Positions 21,252 to 30,500 of a stretch of 64,000 nucleotides of DNA are shown here, in pieces; within the stretch, counting starts at the first letter, position 1; each line of letters starts with the position of its first letter. The stretch is from the NCBI GenBank assembly GCA_031372565.1, contig JANMLN010000054.1, positions 1 through 64,000 of the forward strand, given 5' to 3'. The position numbers were made by a program, and so were the translations under genes. This stretch comes from Gemmatimonadota bacterium. GTDB taxonomy: Bacteria > Gemmatimonadota > Gemmatimonadetes > Gemmatimonadales > Gemmatimonadaceae. Under the pieces are notes generated by a model. That model did no database searches. It was not told where the DNA came from and worked only from the letters and a program-made list of their open reading frames with translations.

Positions 21252-22851
21252 AGGCCAGTTCTTGTGCGCTGGCCAGCGTGGCCACGCGATGCGCGTGCGC
21301 CATCACGGCGAACGTGACGGTGGTGGCCGGAATGCTGGGAAGCGCCGAGGCATCGACGAGATGCACCCGCTCGAAACCGAACGGGCGCGCCAGCAGGTCC
21401 GACGAGTGCGGCACACGCTCCCGTCGCATGGGATAACTGGCGCCGACGTGAAATCCGCGGCCCGGCTTCGAATGCTGGATGAGCGGCGTCATCGCGATGG
21501 CCTTCAGCGCGACGGCGTCCCGCATCAGCTTCCGGCCCACGCGCGCTGCAAGCCTGCGCACTTCGGCGCCATCGTCGTTCGACCCGATCCGGACCACCAC
21601 GCCCCGGGTGCCGTCGCGGTCCACCTGCAGGGAGAACCCCGGTGAGTGTCGCGAGTGCAAGTATCCACCACAGACCAGCATCCGTGCCGCCAGCGCGCGC
21701 CAGAACGGCGGTGCGACGTTGCCGAATGGGCCGCCCGCAAAGCGGAGCGCTTCTTCCATCAGGTCGTTGTACGTGTACACGCTGAGGTGCACGAACGCGG
21801 GAGAGATCGCTGCGTCGCGGATCAGGATGTACGCCTGTGCCATCGTGTGGAGCGCTTCGGCGGCGAGATCGGAGACGCCGCGCATGCGCACCAGCGGCAT
21901 CAGGAAGTACGGGCTGTCGCGCACCGTGATCGGCGTGCCGTACTGCCCCTGGCTGCGCAGCATCAGGGCGGTGCTCGGAATCACGCCTGCGCCGACGAAG
22001 ACGCGCTGAGCTGTCGTCTCGCGGCGGGCCCCGGTGATCCGATCGACGCCGCCGATGCGGACCAGCGCGCCCTCCTCACGCAACTCCTCGACGACGAAGT
22101 CACCGACGTACTCGAAGTTCGGCAGTGCCTGCAGGTGACGGAGCGTCGATGCCGCGCTGTAGATCAGGCCATAGGGACAGCCGTAGAGGCACATGCCGCA
22201 ATAGGCACAGGGGGCGGCTCGTACGGCCAGACGCGATCGTCCGACGGTGATGCCGGCTCGTGCGAGCCGAGCCCGCGCGCGCTGCGCATCATCGAGAAAG
22301 GCCTGTCCTTGGTGACTCGGCCGGAGATCGCCGACCTGTTCGCTGTGCAGCGGGAACTGCGGCTCGAGAGAATCGCGCGCGCCTGCCAGCGGCACGAACG
22401 ACAGCACCGCGCGATAGTGCGCATCGAGATCCGCGGCAGGAAACGGCCAGTCGGCGATGTCGTCACGATGGAACGGGAGCATGCCCGCGCCCCAGACGGT
22501 GCTCAACCCGCCGCGCGCGAAACTCGGCTTCACATCAGCGCCCTGCAGTTCGACGCGCCACGAGTCGTCGTACATGTCGAATGGATACGTCGAGCCGAAC
22601 GCGCGCTTGAGCGGAATACCGCCCTTCGTGACTTGCGAGCCGTCGCGCAGGCGCGCCACGTCATCCGCCTGCCACTCGGCAGGCGCGGTGGCGCCAAGCC
22701 GTGCCACGACCTGCTGGCGCTCCGGCTCGAGACTGATTCCAGCATCGAGCAGGCGGACCCGGACGCCACGCGCCGTGAGGGCCATCGCGGCCGAGATGCC
22801 CGCGGGGCCGGAGCCGATCACGCAATACGTATCTGAATCGGCGGCAACCAT
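21250..22851 (-). CDS. GMC-family FAD oxidoreductase with CxxCxxCxxxCP motif
   Basis: VIGSGPAG, GGLSTVWG, CAYCGMCLYGCP, FHVGASYPM, VHLVDAS...PATTVT. Confidence 0.8.
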   Translation of the reverse strand: MVAADSDTYCVIGSGPAGISAAMALTARGVRVRLLDAGISLEPERQQVVARLGATAPAEWQADDVARLRDGSQVTKGGIPLKRAFGSTYPFDMYDDSWRVELQGADVKPSFARGGLSTVWGAGMLPFHRDDIADWPFPAADLDAHYRAVLSFVPLAGARDSLEPQFPLHSEQVGDLRPSHQGQAFLDDAQRARARLARAGITVGRSRLAVRAAPCAYCGMCLYGCPYGLIYSAASTLRHLQALPNFEYVGDFVVEELREEGALVRIGGVDRITGARRETTAQRVFVGAGVIPSTALMLRSQGQYGTPITVRDSPYFLMPLVRMRGVSDLAAEALHTMAQAYILIRDAAISPAFVHLSVYTYNDLMEEALRFAGGPFGNVAPPFWRALAARMLVCGGYLHSRHSPGFSLQVDRDGTRGVVVRIGSNDDGAEVRRLAARVGRKLMRDAVALKAIAMTPLIQHSKPGRGFHVGASYPMRRERVPHSSDLLARPFGFERVHLVDASALPSIPATTVTFAVMAHAHRVATLASAQELA

Positions 22852-22980
22852 GTGCTTCCGTGCGGATGAGTGTCGGCGCGTGCGTGTTGCGCGCGGGTGG
22901 CGTCGCCACCCGACATCGCGCCGACCGTGTGACGTGCCTTCACGCCCGTCGTCGCGAGGGCACTGTGCCGAGACCAGAAA

Positions 22981-22997
22981 CTAGCAGGTTGCTGAAA
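22981..22997 (+). mobile_element. Possible solitary IS terminal inverted repeat
   Basis: CTAG followed by CAGGTTGCTGAAA resembles IS5/IS1182-type ends; no partner repeat or transposase found. Confidence 0.3.
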
Positions 22998-23057
22998 CAG
23001 TAGCCCGATTGTGCCGGGCTGGCGCTCGGGCAGGGCGCGATGGTCTCGCCGGACGGC

Positions 23058-23495
23058 CTAGCGGGTCGCCGCGAGCGGGTTCAGCCACTGCAGGGACCGG
23101 AACCGCGCGAAGTCCGAGTCGGTGGAGCACAACTCGGCCGCGTGCTCGATGGCCAGCGCGGCGAGATGGGCATCCGTCGTGAGGTTCCCCGCCGTGCCGG
23201 CCTCGAGCAAGAGGCGGCGCAGCACGCGCCAGTGGTCGTCACCTGGCGCGAGCGGTGTGACGGCGGGCTGCGCGAGCCAGGCGTCTACGGTCGCGCAGGC
23301 TTGGGCGACCGTCAGGGGTGCGGCGAAGACGCGCGCGTTGGTGGCCAGCCGCAGGAAGCCGAGCACCACGACCCACGGCAAGGCGACGGGCTCCTCGCCG
23401 CGCAGTGTCTCCGCGAGCCAGCGCGCGGCGCGCGCGTGCTGCGGCGCCTGGGTGTTGGTTGCGTAGAGGAGGATGTTGAGATCGAGGAGCTTCAT
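23058..23495 (-). CDS. vapC: VapC-family PIN domain toxin
   Basis: LLDLNILLYA, GFLRL.TN, GNLTTDAHLAALAIEH, STDSDFARF, WLNPL. Confidence 0.9.
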   Translation of the reverse strand: MKLLDLNILLYATNTQAPQHARAARWLAETLRGEEPVALPWVVVLGFLRLATNARVFAAPLTVAQACATVDAWLAQPAVTPLAPGDDHWRVLRRLLLEAGTAGNLTTDAHLAALAIEHAAELCSTDSDFARFRSLQWLNPLAATR

Positions 23496-23509
23496 GTCGT
23501 GCGCGGCCG

Positions 23510-23776
23510 TCAGCGCCGTTCGTCGAGTTCGCGCCGGACGGCGACGTCCTCGAGCGCATCCGCGAGGGCGAGGGCGCGATCGAGATCGATGCCGACCTGC
23601 GGGGCCCCCATGGCAAAGCGGGGCAGCGGCCGCACCCGCGCCGCCTTGGCCGGCTCGGGCTTGAGGCCACGCCGGAGCGCCAGATCGAGCAGCGCCTTCA
23701 CGGAGACGCCGCGGCGGAGCGCCTCGGTGCGGAGCCGCCGCAGGAGGTCGGGTGCGATGTCCACGGTGGTGCGCAT
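23510..23776 (-). CDS. vapB: VapB-type antitoxin (RHH-like N-terminus)
   Basis: MRTTVDI..DLLRRL...A.RRGVS; 88 aa, directly upstream of the PIN gene. Confidence 0.85.
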   Translation of the reverse strand: MRTTVDIAPDLLRRLRTEALRRGVSVKALLDLALRRGLKPEPAKAARVRPLPRFAMGAPQVGIDLDRALALADALEDVAVRRELDERR

Positions 23777-23779
23777 CGG

Positions 23780-23811
23780 ATGATGCTAGCGCATCATTGT
23801 GCTCGCATCAA
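23780..23811 (-). promoter_or_regulatory. vapBC promoter/operator
   Basis: Minus strand TTGATG-17bp-TAGCAT-6bp-ATG; perfect inverted repeat ATGATGC-tagc-GCATCAT (23780-23797) over the -10; further GCATCA half-sites nearby. Confidence 0.7.
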
Positions 23812-24100
23812 GTCATCATCCTGGTGTCCAGCCCGATACGACCCTGCTCGCGTCAATAGCGGGAGGTCCTCGTCGTCCAAGGGCGTGAAGAAGGCGATCG
23901 AGACGGGCCCGCGTCCCCGCGCCCGCGCATCCTCCACCAACGGTGCCTCGTCCTAGCTGGGCATTGCACGGAGGTTCGGCCGACCGCGAGGTCGCGCTCG
24001 CCGGTCAGTGTGCAGATGGCCGCGGTGAGGGTGCGGGCGGCGAAAGGGCATTAGCTTCGTCCATCGTGCCTGCGCTCCCACTGGGCTCCGTCTCCCCTTC

Positions 24101-26764
24101 ATGACTCCCGACCTCAACGCGCTGAGCGGCGCGCTCGCGGGACGATATGCCATCGAGCGCGAGCTCGGGCAGGGCGGCATGGCCACCGTGTACCTGGCGC
24201 GTGACCTCCGCCACGCGCGATCCGTGGCCATCAAGGTGCTGCTGCCGGAGCTCGCGGCCGCCCTCGGGAGCGAGCGCTTCCTGCGCGAGGTGGCGGTGAC
24301 CGCCCGCCTGTCGCATCCGCACATCCTCCCGCTGCTCGACTCCGGGGAGGCCGCGGGCACCCTCTTCTACGTGATGCCGTTCGTGGCCGGCGAGACGCTG
24401 CGTCATCGGCTCGATCGGGAGAAGCAGCTGCCGGTGGACGACGCGCTCGCGATCGCCCGCGAGGTGGCCGACGCGCTGGACTATGCCCACCGCCAGCACG
24501 TGGTGCACCGCGACATCAAGCCGGAGAACATCCTGCTCGAGGATGGTCACGCGGTCGTCGCCGACTTCGGCATTGCGCGCGTCATGGATGCCTCTGCCTC
24601 GCAGGCGCTCACGGGCACCGGCCTCGCCATCGGCACGGCGGCGTACATGAGCCCGGAGCAGGCGTCGGGGATGTCCGACGTCGACGGTCGCAGCGACATC
24701 TACGCGCTCGGTTGCCTCCTGCACGAGATGCTCGCGGGACAGCCGCCGTTCACCGGGCCGGTCGCGCAGAGCGTCATCCGCCAGCACGTCACCGCCGACC
24801 CGCCGAACCTCACCGACATGCGCGGTGCGGTGCCCCCCGCGGTGAGTGCGGTCGTGCGTCGCGCCCTCGGCAAGAGCCCGGCCGACCGCCAACCCACGGC
24901 CCGGGTGTTCGCCGTGGAACTCGCGGGGGCGGTGCAGGGCGCGGCGACCTCGGGGCCGAGCGTCGCGGCGGCACCGGCATCGCGCGCGCGGCGGCGCGCG
25001 CTCGTCGCGGGCGGGATCGCGCTGCTGCTCGCCGTCGGCGCCTTTGCGGCGCGCGACCGCCTGTGGCGCCGCAGTCCGAGCGGCGCCGCGCAGCTCACGC
25101 GCCTCGTCGTGCTCCCATTCGAGAACATCGGCAAGGCCGAAGACGCGTACTTCGCCGACGGGGTGACCGAGGAGATCGCGAGCCGGCTCGGGCAGGCCCC
25201 CGGGGTGGCCGTCATCGGGCGCGCCACGGCCGCGCAGTACAAGGGCGCCGCCACGTCGCTGTCCACCATCGGTACCGAGCTCGACGTGCAGTACGCGCTC
25301 ACCGGCACCGTGCGCTGGAGCGACGAGCCGGCGGGGCGCCGGGTGCGCATCACCCCGCGGCTGCTGCGCGTGTCGGATCAATCGCAGCTGTGGACCGATC
25401 GCTACGACGCCGTCTTCACCGATGTCTTCGCGACGCAGGGGCGCATCGCCGCCGAGGTGGTGAGTGCGCTCGGGATCACGCTCGGCAATCGCGACGCGGT
25501 GCGCGACAGCACGCCGCCCACGCGCAACGTCGCCGCGTACGAGGAGTACGTGCGCGGCAACTCGTTGCTGGCGCAGTGCACGATTCTGCCGTGCAAGCGG
25601 GCGGTCGAGGCCGCCGCGCGGTTCGAGGTGGCGGTGCGCCTCGATCCCGACTTCGCGGCGGCGTGGGCGGGGCTCGCGCTTGCGTGGCCCGCATCGGGGT
25701 CCGCCGAGAGCGCCGACATGGATCGGGCGGCGGTCGCCGCGGAGCGTGCGCTGGCGCTGGCACCGCAACTGGCGGAGGCGCATGCCGCGGCCGCCCGCGT
25801 CGCGTACGCCTCACGCAAGGACGACGCCAAGGCGGAGGGTGAGTTCCAGAAGGCGCTGGCGCTGCAGCCGTCGCAACCCGACGCGCTTCGCGGCCTCGGC
25901 CTCCTCTATCGGCGGCAGGGCGAACTGGAGCGTGCGGTGGACCTGCTGCTCCGCGCCGCCGTGCTCGATCCACGCAACCGCCCCGCGCAGTATGACCTCG
26001 GCGTGACCTACCAGCGCCTGCGCCGCTATGACGAGGCCGAACGGTTCCTCGAACGTGCCATCGCGCTCAGTCCGTCGGACCAGAACCAGCTCCAGCGACT
26101 TGCGATCCTCAAGCTGATGCGCTCGGGTGACGTGGCAGGCGCGCGCCAAGTGCTCGCGCGAGCTCCCGATCCGTTCATGGCGATGGCGAAACTGCCGGAG
26201 ATCCCCGGCTACCTCGAGATGGCCGCCGTCCTGTGCGATGGGTGTGCCGCTGCGGCCAACGATCGGCTTCGCGCGCTGGGGCCCGTGCCGCGAGACTCCG
26301 CTCCGCATCCAGAGGCATGGGATTGGCGTGGCCGGCTCGCGGGGCTGGCGGGTCACGGTGGCGACGCTCGGGCTGCGTTCGATTCAGCGGTGAACCGGGC
26401 GCAACGCCAGATCGCGATGACGCCGAACGCGACCGACGGGTTCGAGCCGCAAGCGAGCCTCGCCGAGTTGGCCGCACACGCCGGTCGTCGAGAGGTGGCC
26501 CTGAAGGCCGCGCGCGAGGTACTCCGCTTGCTGCAGGTGTCTCCGAACGGCACGTGGGGACCCGACGCGATCAATACCGCGGCTGAGGTCTTCGCCGTGT
26601 TCGGCGAGGACTCGGCGGCCATCGAGAACCTTGATCGCGCGCTGACGCTGCCGGCGCATGTCTCGGCCGCGCTCGTGCGCATCAACCCCGTGTGGGCGCG
26701 ATTCCGCGGGGTCAGCGCCTTCGAGCAGATGCTGGCCCGGCACGAGCGACCGGCAGCGCGGTAG
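24101..26764 (+). CDS. Ser/Thr protein kinase K6 with TM, TolB-N-like domain and TPR repeats
   Basis: Full kinase motifs; TM ALVAGGIALLLAVGAFAA; LVVLPFENIG..YFADGVTEEI; TPR-like ERALALAP and ERAIALSP repeats. Confidence 0.9.
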   Translation: MTPDLNALSGALAGRYAIERELGQGGMATVYLARDLRHARSVAIKVLLPELAAALGSERFLREVAVTARLSHPHILPLLDSGEAAGTLFYVMPFVAGETLRHRLDREKQLPVDDALAIAREVADALDYAHRQHVVHRDIKPENILLEDGHAVVADFGIARVMDASASQALTGTGLAIGTAAYMSPEQASGMSDVDGRSDIYALGCLLHEMLAGQPPFTGPVAQSVIRQHVTADPPNLTDMRGAVPPAVSAVVRRALGKSPADRQPTARVFAVELAGAVQGAATSGPSVAAAPASRARRRALVAGGIALLLAVGAFAARDRLWRRSPSGAAQLTRLVVLPFENIGKAEDAYFADGVTEEIASRLGQAPGVAVIGRATAAQYKGAATSLSTIGTELDVQYALTGTVRWSDEPAGRRVRITPRLLRVSDQSQLWTDRYDAVFTDVFATQGRIAAEVVSALGITLGNRDAVRDSTPPTRNVAAYEEYVRGNSLLAQCTILPCKRAVEAAARFEVAVRLDPDFAAAWAGLALAWPASGSAESADMDRAAVAAERALALAPQLAEAHAAAARVAYASRKDDAKAEGEFQKALALQPSQPDALRGLGLLYRRQGELERAVDLLLRAAVLDPRNRPAQYDLGVTYQRLRRYDEAERFLERAIALSPSDQNQLQRLAILKLMRSGDVAGARQVLARAPDPFMAMAKLPEIPGYLEMAAVLCDGCAAAANDRLRALGPVPRDSAPHPEAWDWRGRLAGLAGHGGDARAAFDSAVNRAQRQIAMTPNATDGFEPQASLAELAAHAGRREVALKAAREVLRLLQVSPNGTWGPDAINTAAEVFAVFGEDSAAIENLDRALTLPAHVSAALVRINPVWARFRGVSAFEQMLARHERPAAR

Positions 26765-26841
26765 GGACGGCGAGGCGGGCACACGGCGCTGCCGCGGCGC
26801 TGCCGCGGACGGGAGGAGCGCCATCTGGGTGGCGCCAGGCG

Positions 26842-27291
26842 TCAGCGCTTCCGCCCCGCCGCCTTCTTCTTCGCGTCCTTCGCCTTCTGCTGCCGCCCCT
26901 TCACCGCGGCCACGATCAGCGCCTTGAGCGCCTTCTCGTCCACATCGGCCAGCCGCTTGATGTGCACGCAGCCCCCCTTGAGCTTGGCCGGCGCGATGGC
27001 CGCGAGCTTCTCCTTGAACCCGTCGGCGCTCCGCAGGTTGTAGAGCACGATGTCCTGCGCGCGCGAGGCGAAGGCCATGAGCGGCCAGTCCATGGTCGAG
27101 CCGTCGGCGTACAGCACCGGCTCGTTGCCGAAGCCGATGATCGCGTCGCCCCACATCACCGGCTTGGCTGTCGTGGCCCCCTCGAGCATGCGGGCGATCG
27201 CCTCGCAGTCGGCGCGGCGTTCGGCGGGCAGCTGGGCCGCGAGGTGCTTGGCCACGGAGGCGGTGGTGGGGCGGGTCTTGGCTTCGGCCAT
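26842..27291 (-). CDS. DUF1801 (YdhG-like) protein
   Basis: MAEAKT.PT..SV, P.MWG..IIGFG, W....FA.R, KGGCVHIKRL.DVD. Confidence 0.8.
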   Translation of the reverse strand: MAEAKTRPTTASVAKHLAAQLPAERRADCEAIARMLEGATTAKPVMWGDAIIGFGNEPVLYADGSTMDWPLMAFASRAQDIVLYNLRSADGFKEKLAAIAPAKLKGGCVHIKRLADVDEKALKALIVAAVKGRQQKAKDAKKKAAGRKR

Positions 27292-27377
27292 GCGTGCGAA
27301 TCCTCCGGTTGGGTCCGGTTCAGGGCACCGCGGAGGGGTTGACTGGCTGCTCCTGCAACTGCGCCGCCTTGGTCACC

Positions 27378-27499
27378 AACTCCACCACTCCGCGCTCGGT
27401 CAACGCTCACCCCCTGGCGTTCGAACAGGAATACGCCGCACACTCCATTGCCGCAAGAAGACCCAACCCCAACGGCTCTACTGAACCGGGTCAAATTCA
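27378..27499 (+). mobile_element. IS3-family remnant: transposase 3' end plus right inverted repeat
   Basis: HSALGQRSP[frameshift in C run]LAFEQ resembles the IS3 OrfB terminal HSALG..SP..FE motif. It is followed by CTCTACTGAACCGGGTCAAATTCA ending in CA. Confidence 0.6.
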
Positions 27500-27513
27500 A
27501 GTTCAGTACAGCA

Positions 27514-27550
27514 ATCGGCCCGCCTGGTCACCATGACCGAGCGGGCCGAT
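27514..27550 (-). terminator. GC-rich hairpin downstream of the BNR gene
   Basis: ATCGGCCCGC-CT-GGTCA-cca-TGACC-GA-GCGGGCCGAT; weak U tract. Confidence 0.55.
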
Positions 27551-27575
27551 CGCCATCATCATCGTGCCGTGCGCG

Positions 27576-30500
27576 CTATGGCACCACGCGGGCCGCCTCG
27601 ATCGGCTTGAGCCCACGGTCCTTCAACATCTTGTTGATCTTGGGCAGTTCGATCTGCACCCACTTCTCGAAGCTCTTGTTCACGTCGCCCAGCTCGCGGC
27701 TGATCGACCCGGCGCGTTCCACCTGCATCTCCGACGGGCGTCCTTCATACCCGACGACGCTGCCGTAGAGCTCCGCGAGGTTCTCGCGCAGCCGTTCTTC
27801 ACCGGTGATCATGCCGCCTTCCTTGGTGGCCACGATCTTCTTGCGCATCGTATCGACCGTGGCGGATCCCTTCTGCAGCGCGGCCAACAGCGAATCGCGC
27901 TGCGCGAGGCCCGTGCCACGATTCTCCAGATTGCCGCGCATGTCGTTCATCCCCTCGACCACCGACGACATCTCGTTCATGAGGTCGTAGAGCGTGATCG
28001 ACAGCGCGAACTGCGCCTTTCGATCGTCGGCCGAATGCGACGTCCGCGGATCGCCCGTCACCCGCAGCGTCGTCGACGTCACCAGGTCGCCCTCCGTGAG
28101 CTTGACCGAGTACTTCCCCGGAAGGAATCGCGGCCCCACCACGAAGGCGGCCGACGCGGCCGTCGGCACGCGCGGCGGCGCCATGCGCATGGACCACGCC
28201 GTGCGGCTGAGCCCGCGACGCTTCCCCGCCGGCAACGTCTGCACGAGCTTGCCGGTGGAATCGAAGACCTCGAGCTTGAGGTCGCCAAAGATGTGCCGAC
28301 GCTGCAGGTAGTAGCTGATGATCGCGTCACCCGGCGGGTTCTGTCCAACGAACTCCGCGTCGCCGTTCGCCCAGCCGCCGAAGGAGTTCATCGCCTGCAC
28401 CACCGGCTTGGTTTGCACGAACGCCGCGGCCTGGCCCGTCGCACCCGCCGCGAGGTTCCGGAGCGGCGTGATGTCGTCCACGATCCAGATGCCGCGACCG
28501 TGGGTGCCGATGACCAGATCGTCGTCGCGCGCATGCACCACCAGATCGCGCACCGCGACCGACGGCATGTTGCCACCCTTGTAGCGCGCCCACTGCCGGC
28601 CACCGTCCACGGAGATCCACAGGCCGAACTCGGTGCCCAGGTACAGCAGGTTGGCGTTGACCAGGTCTTCCTTGATGACGTGCGCATAGCCACGCACCGG
28701 CGAGCCAGCGGCGATGAGCGACGTCCAGGTCTTGCCGAAGTCGACGGACTTGTATGCATGCGGCGCCATGTCGCCGTCATTGTGCCGATCGAACGTGGCG
28801 TAGATGGTCCCGACCGCAAAATGACCAGGCTCCACGCTGGAGACCCACGAGTTCTTCGGCAGCCCGGCGATATTGCCAGTGACATTCGTCCACTGCTTGC
28901 CGCCGTTGCGCGTCACCTGCACGTTGCCGTCATCCGTTCCCACCCACACGACCATCGAATCCTTCGGCGACTCGCCGATGGCATAAATGGTGGTGTGCAT
29001 CTCGGCGCTCGAGTTGTCCACCGTGATGCCACCGGACAGCTCCTGCATCTGCTTGGCGGGATCGTTGGTGGTGAGGTCCGGCGAGATGCGGTCCCACGAC
29101 TGCCCCCGATTGCGCGACCGGAACAGGTACTGCGAGCCCAGGTAGAGCGTGCCGCTGCGCGACGGGCTCAGGTGAATGGGCGTGTTCCAGTTGTAGCGCA
29201 GCTTCCCCTCCCCGAATCGCGGGAGCGGCTTGATGTCGCGGATCTCGTGCGTCTTCATGTTGATGCGGCCGATATTGCCCCCCTGGGCCTCGGCGTACGC
29301 ATAGGTGGGATCCTTGGGATCGGCGAAGACCCAGAATCCGTCGCCGCCATAGAGGTTCTCCCACTGGCTCTTCGCGATGCCGCCCGGGAACTGCGAACGC
29401 CCCACCCACGAGCTGTTGTCCTGCAGGCCACCGTACACCTTGTACGGCGTGTCCATGTCGGTGCTCACGTGATAGAACTGCGAGATCGGCAACGTCTCCG
29501 ACTTCCACCACTTGTCGCCGCCGTCGTACGACGTCCACATGCCACCGTCGTCCGCGAGGATCAGGTGATCGGTGTTCTTCGGATCGATCCAGATATCGTG
29601 CGCGTCACCATGCGTGCTGCCGCCCACGCCATTGAACGTGGCGCCGCCGTCGTTGCTCATGATCAGCCCGCCGTCGGGCTTGAACAGACGGTTCTCGTTC
29701 CTGGGGTCGACGATGAGGTTCGCGAAATAGAACGGACGCCAGAGCATGTTCTGACTGCGATCACGCAGTTCCCACGACGCGCCGCCATCCTCTGACCGAT
29801 AGAGCCCGTTCATGGGCGGTACCGCTTCGATGAACGCGTACACGACGTTCGGCTTGGACGGCGCGACCGTGACGGCCACGCGTCCCCACGGACCCGCCGG
29901 CAGCCCCTTCGTGCTCTTGCTGTCGAGCGCCGTCCAGGTGGCGCCACCATCCGTGGTCTTCATCAGTGCGCTGCCACTCGGCGCGTCGGGGCCGTCGCCA
30001 CCCGAGCGGAACGTCCATCCCTTGCGACGGAAGTCCCACAGTCCGGCGTACAGCGTGCCCGGCGCGGTGGGGTCCATGGTCATCAGCGAGCAGCCGGTGG
30101 ACGCGTTCGGTCCGCCAAGCACCTTGCTCCACGACTTGCCCCCGTCGATGGTCTTGTAGACGCCACGGTCGTTGCTGTCACTCCATAGCTTGCCCGGGAC
30201 GCACGCGTACACCGTGCTGCTGTTCGTCGGGTCGATGAGGATCTTCGAAATGCGCTCCGACTCCGGAAGGCCCATGTTCGTCCACGTCTCGCCGGCGTCG
30301 GTGCTCTTGTAGATGCCATTGCCGATCGACACGCTGTTGCGCGTCCACGGCTCGCCGGTTCCCGCCCAGATGGTCCTGGGATTCCTGGGGTCAAGGGCGA
30401 GCGCTCCAATGGACTGCACGTCCTGCTTGTCGAAGACCGCCTTGAACGTCGTGCCCGCGTTGGTGGACTTCCAGATGCCACCGCTCGCAGCGCCCACGTA

